A stretch of 64,000 bases of DNA from a virus. The stretch lies in IMG/VR virus record IMGVR_UViG_3300024255_000017, positions 17,433 to 81,432 of that record. One strand, written 5' to 3'. The notes beneath the pieces are model-generated. The model was not told the origin of the DNA. It saw only the letters and a program-made list of their open reading frames with translations, and made no database searches. Of this stretch, positions 58,687 to 64,000 are shown piece after piece (within the stretch, counting starts at the first letter, position 1; every line of letters begins with the position of its first letter). A program made the position numbers and the translations under genes.

Positions 58687-61600
58687 ATGGCAGGATTTTC
58701 AATTAATGAAGTAAATAAATTAACCTTTAAAGTACAGGCTGGTGGGGTTATAGATGCTTCAGCCGGAAACAGATGGTACGAATCTTCATTAGCATTCAGT
58801 CCTAATATAAAGGATCCTAGTAGAATACTTACTGATTATAATTTAATACCACCAGCTAATCTGCCAGTAGATGCAGTTAATGCTGCATCAGCAGATCCTG
58901 TAAATATCCAAAATGCATCTGGTCCAGGAGGTTCACAACTTGACCAAGTATATGCTTTTAATAATTCTACTTGGATTTTATATAATACTCCTGGTGATAC
59001 TACATCAGGGTTTAAAAATAATTGGATTTTACCGGCCTCAGTACCACAAGCGGATGGAACACCATCAAATGGATACGGAATTAAGTTATGGTCAGGTAAT
59101 CCTGCGTTAGGTGGTACTGAAATACCTTTATCAGCAGGCCAGGCAAATAATCCTGGTTATGTAGGTTGGGTATTTAATTATGATCAAGGTTTACTTTTTA
59201 TCTCTGATGATTTACAAACTGATATAACAAATAATACAGGAGGTGCATATCCAAACGGTTTTGATTTATACATAACTGGTTTTAGATACATTGGTGCAAC
59301 TGGTGGAGGTGGCGGTGGAGCCCAAGGTACTCAAGGTACTCAAGGTACTGGTGGTGCAGGATCTCAAGGAACTCAAGGTTTACAAGGTACATTAGGAACT
59401 CAAGGTGTACAGGGTTTACAAGGTTCAGGTAGTCAAGGTACATTAGGAACCCAAGGTTTACAAGGAACATTAGGAACTCAAGGAGTTCAAGGTTTACAAG
59501 GTTCAGGATCTCAAGGTACTCAAGGTTTACAAGGAACCGATGGTTTACAAGGAACACAAGGTTTACAAGGTTCAGGATCTCAAGGTACTCAAGGTTTACA
59601 AGGAACCGATGGTTTACAAGGAACACAAGGTTTACAAGGAACTGATGGTTTACAAGGTACTCAAGGTTTACAAGGAACCGATGGTTTACAAGGAACACAG
59701 GGTTTACAAGGTTCAGGATCTCAAGGTACTCAAGGTTTACAAGGAACCGATGGTTTACAAGGCGTTCAAGGTTTACAAGGAACCGATGGTTTACAAGGTG
59801 TTCAAGGTTTACAAGGAACCGATGGTTTACAAGGAGCTCAAGGTTTACAAGGAACTGATGGTTTACAAGGAACTCAAGGTTTACAAGGTGTTCAAGGTTT
59901 ACAAGGTGTTCAAGGTATACTTGGTACAGGTACTCAAGGTACACAAGGTATTAGCGGAGCCGGTGGAAATATAACAGTTGCAAATTCTGATACCACTGAC
60001 GGTTCATCTCCAACATTTTTAGGCGGAACTTATACTAAATTTAATTTTGTGGATCGCCTAGATGATAATAGAGTATATGCACAAGAAGATCCAGGAGACT
60101 CTTCACAAGTCAATGTATTTTTTCCAGCGCCTGATGCTCCAATATATCCTAATTATTTAAATAGGAATGTTGCTACAGGTTCACCAACGCCATCTAACGC
60201 AACTATAGCAGAAAACAATAACCCAGTAAACAGAAGAATAGCAATACCTAATGCCAATCTACAATTTGGACTTCCAGGTGGTAACTATGAAGATGGTGGT
60301 TGGTCAGGTTCTAATACTCTTAGGGCTGTTTATAAACAAGATACACAAGGAACAATTTCACTTGGATCTGGTAATACTGCATCACCTGTAAAAGTAAGAG
60401 GATTCGGTGGAGTTGCAGGATCTGGTGATGGTTCTATTACAATCGATGTTTTAGACGGAGATGGCGTTACTATATTAGAAACGTTTACAGAAAGTAATAT
60501 AATTGCCTCCGGACAATATAAATCTACCAGTGAAAATGTAATATTAACTATAAGCGATTATAATACTTTAGTTAATCCATATAATTCACAAGACGTTTAT
60601 GAAGCATCTGTTAAGGTAGATGTTATTATGGGTGTACCTGGTAGTGGAGCCGGTCTCGGTACAGGTATATTTAATAATACTTTAAATGCTAGTCTTGATC
60701 CAAGAGACGGTGGTAAATTTACAATTAAGATATCTATGACGGCTGATTCATCAGGTTTATTAGTAGATCCACCTTCACCGGATCTTCCATTAGATTATTC
60801 ATATACTGTTTTTGCTGATGCTAACCCAAACACGCCAAGTTTAGCCAGTGCCGCTTCTACGTTCCCTGCTGTTGATTCTGCTAATTTCAGATATATCAGT
60901 GGTATAAAATATTATACTAACGGTACTACTCTATCTTCTTCTGTTGATGATTTACTTACATTAAATGGAAATTCTATAATTGTTAATAATATAAGAACCA
61001 GAATATTTAATTGGTCTGCTAATACATTATCAGTTAATGATACTTCATATAGTTTATCTAATGGGACAATTACTTTAACCCAACCTGGTGTTGTTAATGA
61101 TTGGAATCAAACTTTAATAGATTATGATAATAATGCTTCAACTTTTACAATAGCTAATTCAAATCATAGGTATAGATCACAAGGAGGTAATTCTCAATTT
61201 AGACTTTTGGATCCGTGGTCAGATACTGGCTGGGGTGCAGATTCTACAAAAAACAAAATACTTATTGATGTAGCTCATAGTAATTCAACTGATTTAATTG
61301 AATATTTTAATGTAGAAAACAAAAGGCTATTTAGAGATATTACAGGAAATACATATTCAGCATGGAATAGTCAATCTTCATTATTGGATGTTGCCCAACC
61401 GCCAAATAGTAGAACTTCAGCAATTGTTGAGAATCTATGTCTTGTCGGTGGTGAAGGTATTGCTGCATCAGATTTTTATGCTGATAATGATAGCACAGGT
61501 AATCTACCTACGACTGGTACAATTATTTCTGGAGACTTAAGTAATTACATACCAGCAGGTAATCCTAATTATAATACTATGGGGGATACACCAATATTCC

Positions 61601-62115
61601 ATAGATTATTTAATGATCCATCAAACCCTAATGTGGTAAGCTTTAACTTAACCTTTACTGGTGATCCAGGTGTTAGCGCTAACTTTACCGATGCATTAAG
61701 AAATAGTCAATTAAAAATTTATATTTGGCCAGTAAGCTCAACTCCAAATGCAGCATTACAAGTAGATCCAAATACAGGTACAAATTATACATATTTACCA
61801 ACTTATTTAGATTCTCCACCAGGTAATGCATATCCTAATATACAAGATTCATATGCATTAGCATGTCATGGTGGTAATCAAGGTGGTGCCTGGAGTGCAG
61901 GTGGTTGGATTCCATTTGGTGGAACTGTACCTAATGCTTATACAGGATTAGATGACCCAGGTACATATTTAATGCAGGCATCTTCAGGTGGTAATTTAGG
62001 TGAATTTTCCTTTGGGTCTTCATCTAATGTTGCAGGAGGTGGAGTATATGCTGAGATACAAATTATAGATAGGACGATTAGATTGGATCAAATCCAATAT
62101 ACTCATATCAACTAA
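58687..62115 (+). CDS. Collagen-like virion fibre protein
   Basis: About 200-aa G-x-Q tract between globular N- and C-terminal domains. Confidence 0.8.
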   Translation: MAGFSINEVNKLTFKVQAGGVIDASAGNRWYESSLAFSPNIKDPSRILTDYNLIPPANLPVDAVNAASADPVNIQNASGPGGSQLDQVYAFNNSTWILYNTPGDTTSGFKNNWILPASVPQADGTPSNGYGIKLWSGNPALGGTEIPLSAGQANNPGYVGWVFNYDQGLLFISDDLQTDITNNTGGAYPNGFDLYITGFRYIGATGGGGGGAQGTQGTQGTGGAGSQGTQGLQGTLGTQGVQGLQGSGSQGTLGTQGLQGTLGTQGVQGLQGSGSQGTQGLQGTDGLQGTQGLQGSGSQGTQGLQGTDGLQGTQGLQGTDGLQGTQGLQGTDGLQGTQGLQGSGSQGTQGLQGTDGLQGVQGLQGTDGLQGVQGLQGTDGLQGAQGLQGTDGLQGTQGLQGVQGLQGVQGILGTGTQGTQGISGAGGNITVANSDTTDGSSPTFLGGTYTKFNFVDRLDDNRVYAQEDPGDSSQVNVFFPAPDAPIYPNYLNRNVATGSPTPSNATIAENNNPVNRRIAIPNANLQFGLPGGNYEDGGWSGSNTLRAVYKQDTQGTISLGSGNTASPVKVRGFGGVAGSGDGSITIDVLDGDGVTILETFTESNIIASGQYKSTSENVILTISDYNTLVNPYNSQDVYEASVKVDVIMGVPGSGAGLGTGIFNNTLNASLDPRDGGKFTIKISMTADSSGLLVDPPSPDLPLDYSYTVFADANPNTPSLASAASTFPAVDSANFRYISGIKYYTNGTTLSSSVDDLLTLNGNSIIVNNIRTRIFNWSANTLSVNDTSYSLSNGTITLTQPGVVNDWNQTLIDYDNNASTFTIANSNHRYRSQGGNSQFRLLDPWSDTGWGADSTKNKILIDVAHSNSTDLIEYFNVENKRLFRDITGNTYSAWNSQSSLLDVAQPPNSRTSAIVENLCLVGGEGIAASDFYADNDSTGNLPTTGTIISGDLSNYIPAGNPNYNTMGDTPIFHRLFNDPSNPNVVSFNLTFTGDPGVSANFTDALRNSQLKIYIWPVSSTPNAALQVDPNTGTNYTYLPTYLDSPPGNAYPNIQDSYALACHGGNQGGAWSAGGWIPFGGTVPNAYTGLDDPGTYLMQASSGGNLGEFSFGSSSNVAGGGVYAEIQIIDRTIRLDQIQYTHIN
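59318..59960 (+). repeat. G-x-Q collagen-coding tandem repeat
   Basis: caaggtttacaaggaaccgatggtttacaagga units. Confidence 0.9.
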
Positions 62116-62198
62116 AGAATAAATATAAATAATATAGGTAATCATTTAATATGAAAGTAATAGAAGGTTTTATCAATATAGAAAATAAGATAACTTAA

Positions 62199-64000
62199 AT
62201 GGGCTTTACAGCAACGGACGTAAGAAAATTAGTATTCAAGGTACAGGCAGGTAATGTTATTGATGCAGATACTAATTTTTATTGGTATCAATCTAATTTA
62301 GAGAATTCAAACACTGTTAAGAGTGGAAGAATTATTGACCAGACGGATTGGGATGTGATACTTGCTAATCAACCAACTTCACCTGTGATGGGTTCTGCTA
62401 ACTCATTAAGTCAAATGACTAATGCAGGCCAAGTTCTTGCTGGTTATGTTGAAAACCAATGGGGTACTGGTACAGGGTTTGCTCCAAACGATACACCTAT
62501 TGTAAATAGATTTGCAACTAGAATGGATTTGGTTGTACCTTCAAACCCTAATACATTAGTAGCATATAATACATTTGGAGATCCTGGATCTGGAAGAAAA
62601 TGGAATTGGATAGGACCAGCCAGTGTAACTACTGCAGCTGGGTTTAAGAATGATTTATATAAAATAGAATTATGGTCAGGTAATCCTACCACGTCTAATG
62701 CTGTATATATTGATCAGACAGTAGGTAAAGACGCAATACCCGGAGTAGCAGGTTGGGTATTTAATTATGACCAAGGTTTACTTTTAGTTTCCGATGATTT
62801 AATTAGTATAGTAGGAGGTTCTACTGGTAATGCAACTTACCCTGCAGGTACAGAATTCTATATAAGAGGTTGGAGGTATATTGGAGCAATGGGATTAGGC
62901 GGAAGCGGTAGTCAAGGTACTCAAGGTACAGCTGGATCAGGATCTCAAGGAACTATAGGTATACAAGGAACCCAAGGTTCAGGAACCCAAGGTACTCAAG
63001 GTTTACAAGGTTTACAAGGAACTGATGGTTCTCAAGGAACTTTAGGTACTCAAGGTATACAAGGTTTACAAGGAACCGATGGTTTACAAGGAACACAAGG
63101 TTTACAAGGTTCAGGATCTCAAGGTACTCAAGGTTTACAAGGAACCGACGGTTTACAAGGAACTCAAGGTTTACAAGGTTTACAAGGAACTGATGGTTTA
63201 CAAGGAACACAAGGTTTACAAGGTTTACAAGGTTCAGGATCTCAGGGTACTCAAGGATTACAAGGAACAGACGGTTTACAAGGAACTCAAGGATTACAAG
63301 GAACCGATGGTTTACAAGGAACTCAAGGTTTACAAGGCTTACAAGGAACTGATGGTTTACAAGGAACCGATGGTTCTCAAGGTACTCAAGGTTTACAAGG
63401 AACCGATGGTTTACAAGGAACACAAGGTTTACAAGGAACTCAAGGTTTACAAGGTTTACAAGGTGCAGGATCTCAAGGAGCACAAGGTTTACAAGGTTTA
63501 CAAGGAACCGATGGTTTACAAGGAACACAAGGTTTACAAGGAGCTGATGGTTTACAAGGAACACAAGGCTTACAAGGTTTACAAGGAATTGATGGTTTAC
63601 AAGGAACTCAAGGTTTACAAGGTTTACAAGGAACCGACGGTTTACAAGGAACTCAAGGATTACAAGGTTTACAAGGTACCGATGGTTTACAAGGAACTCA
63701 AGGTTTACAAGGAACCGACGGTTTACAAGGAACTCAAGGTTTACAAGGTTTACAAGGAACTGATGGTTTACAAGGAACTCAAGGTTTACAAGGTTTACAA
63801 GGAACTGATGGTTTACAAGGAACTCAAGGTTTACAAGGTTTACAAGGTGCAGGATCTCAAGGAGCACAAGGTTTACAAGGTTTACAAGGAACTGATGGTT
63901 TACAAGGGACTCAAGGATTACAAGGTTTACAAGGAACTGATGGAACACAAGGAGTTCAAGGTTTACAAGGTTTACAAGGAACCGATGGTTCTCAAGGTAC
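62199..64000 (+). CDS. Collagen-like fibre protein, 3'-truncated by the window edge (absent from the ORF track)
   Basis: ATG 62199 gives MGFTATDVRKLVFKVQAGNVIDAD...GWVFNYDQGLL, paralogous to the N-terminus of 58687, then G-x-Q repeats to the end. Confidence 0.85.
   Translation, partial: MGFTATDVRKLVFKVQAGNVIDADTNFYWYQSNLENSNTVKSGRIIDQTDWDVILANQPTSPVMGSANSLSQMTNAGQVLAGYVENQWGTGTGFAPNDTPIVNRFATRMDLVVPSNPNTLVAYNTFGDPGSGRKWNWIGPASVTTAAGFKNDLYKIELWSGNPTTSNAVYIDQTVGKDAIPGVAGWVFNYDQGLLLVSDDLISIVGGSTGNATYPAGTEFYIRGWRYIGAMGLGGSGSQGTQGTAGSGSQGTIGIQGTQGSGTQGTQGLQGLQGTDGSQGTLGTQGIQGLQGTDGLQGTQGLQGSGSQGTQGLQGTDGLQGTQGLQGLQGTDGLQGTQGLQGLQGSGSQGTQGLQGTDGLQGTQGLQGTDGLQGTQGLQGLQGTDGLQGTDGSQGTQGLQGTDGLQGTQGLQGTQGLQGLQGAGSQGAQGLQGLQGTDGLQGTQGLQGADGLQGTQGLQGLQGIDGLQGTQGLQGLQGTDGLQGTQGLQGLQGTDGLQGTQGLQGTDGLQGTQGLQGLQGTDGLQGTQGLQGLQGTDGLQGTQGLQGLQGAGSQGAQGLQGLQGTDGLQGTQGLQGLQGTDGTQGVQGLQGLQGTDGSQG
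62908..64000 (+). repeat. More than 1 kb of G-x-Q collagen-coding tandem repeat
   Basis: Directly visible 9-nt units. Confidence 0.92.

Noticed and set aside
59282-63948. Long alternative-frame and minus-strand ORFs (LVNLEFLVNH..., VYKEHKVYK...) here and at 4059-5361
   Set aside because: Shadows of the 9-nt collagen repeat, which lacks stops in those frames; no independent start signals.
62908-64000. Tandem repeats as a possible CRISPR array or DGR repeat pair
   Set aside because: No unique spacers, in-frame 9-nt units encode Gly-x-y, and there are no cas or reverse transcriptase genes or adenine-specific variation.
1-64000. Stop-codon reassignment as in some large phages
   Set aside because: Genes are full length and densely packed in the standard code, and TAG (7329, 56184) and TGA (1974, 8993) end genes at sensible boundaries.

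Overview
AT-rich window from a large T4-like (contractile-tailed, probably jumbo/huge) phage. All credible genes are on the + strand and read in the standard code. Order: DNA ligase (5'-truncated), HAD phosphatase and dCMP deaminase; a collagen-like fibre gene; small hypotheticals; a baseplate/neck/tail block (gp53-, gp27-, gp5-, gp13-, gp25-, gp6-, gp7-, gp3-like) interrupted by a four-domain ribosomal protein S1 homologue and an amidoligase; RuvC, GroES, gp32, gp61 primase, UvsY and UvsW; a cluster of proteins with T4-like capsid-targeting motifs; and a family of paralogous fibre genes running off the window end. A-rich starts without Shine-Dalgarno motifs suggest a Bacteroidota host (inference). 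Best candidates for undescribed biology: (1) an apparently capsid-packaged, protease-processed cassette at 48718-56411 (RNA-ligase-fold protein, degenerate ligase fused to a PD-(D/E)xK-like domain, nucleotidyltransferase polyprotein); (2) a capsid-targeted precursor of a cationic glycine-zipper peptide; (3) recurring hairpins with the putative late promoter in the loop that occlude start sites; (4) a structured GGCAA-repeat leader before gp32. All calls come from reading motifs by eye; no searches were run.
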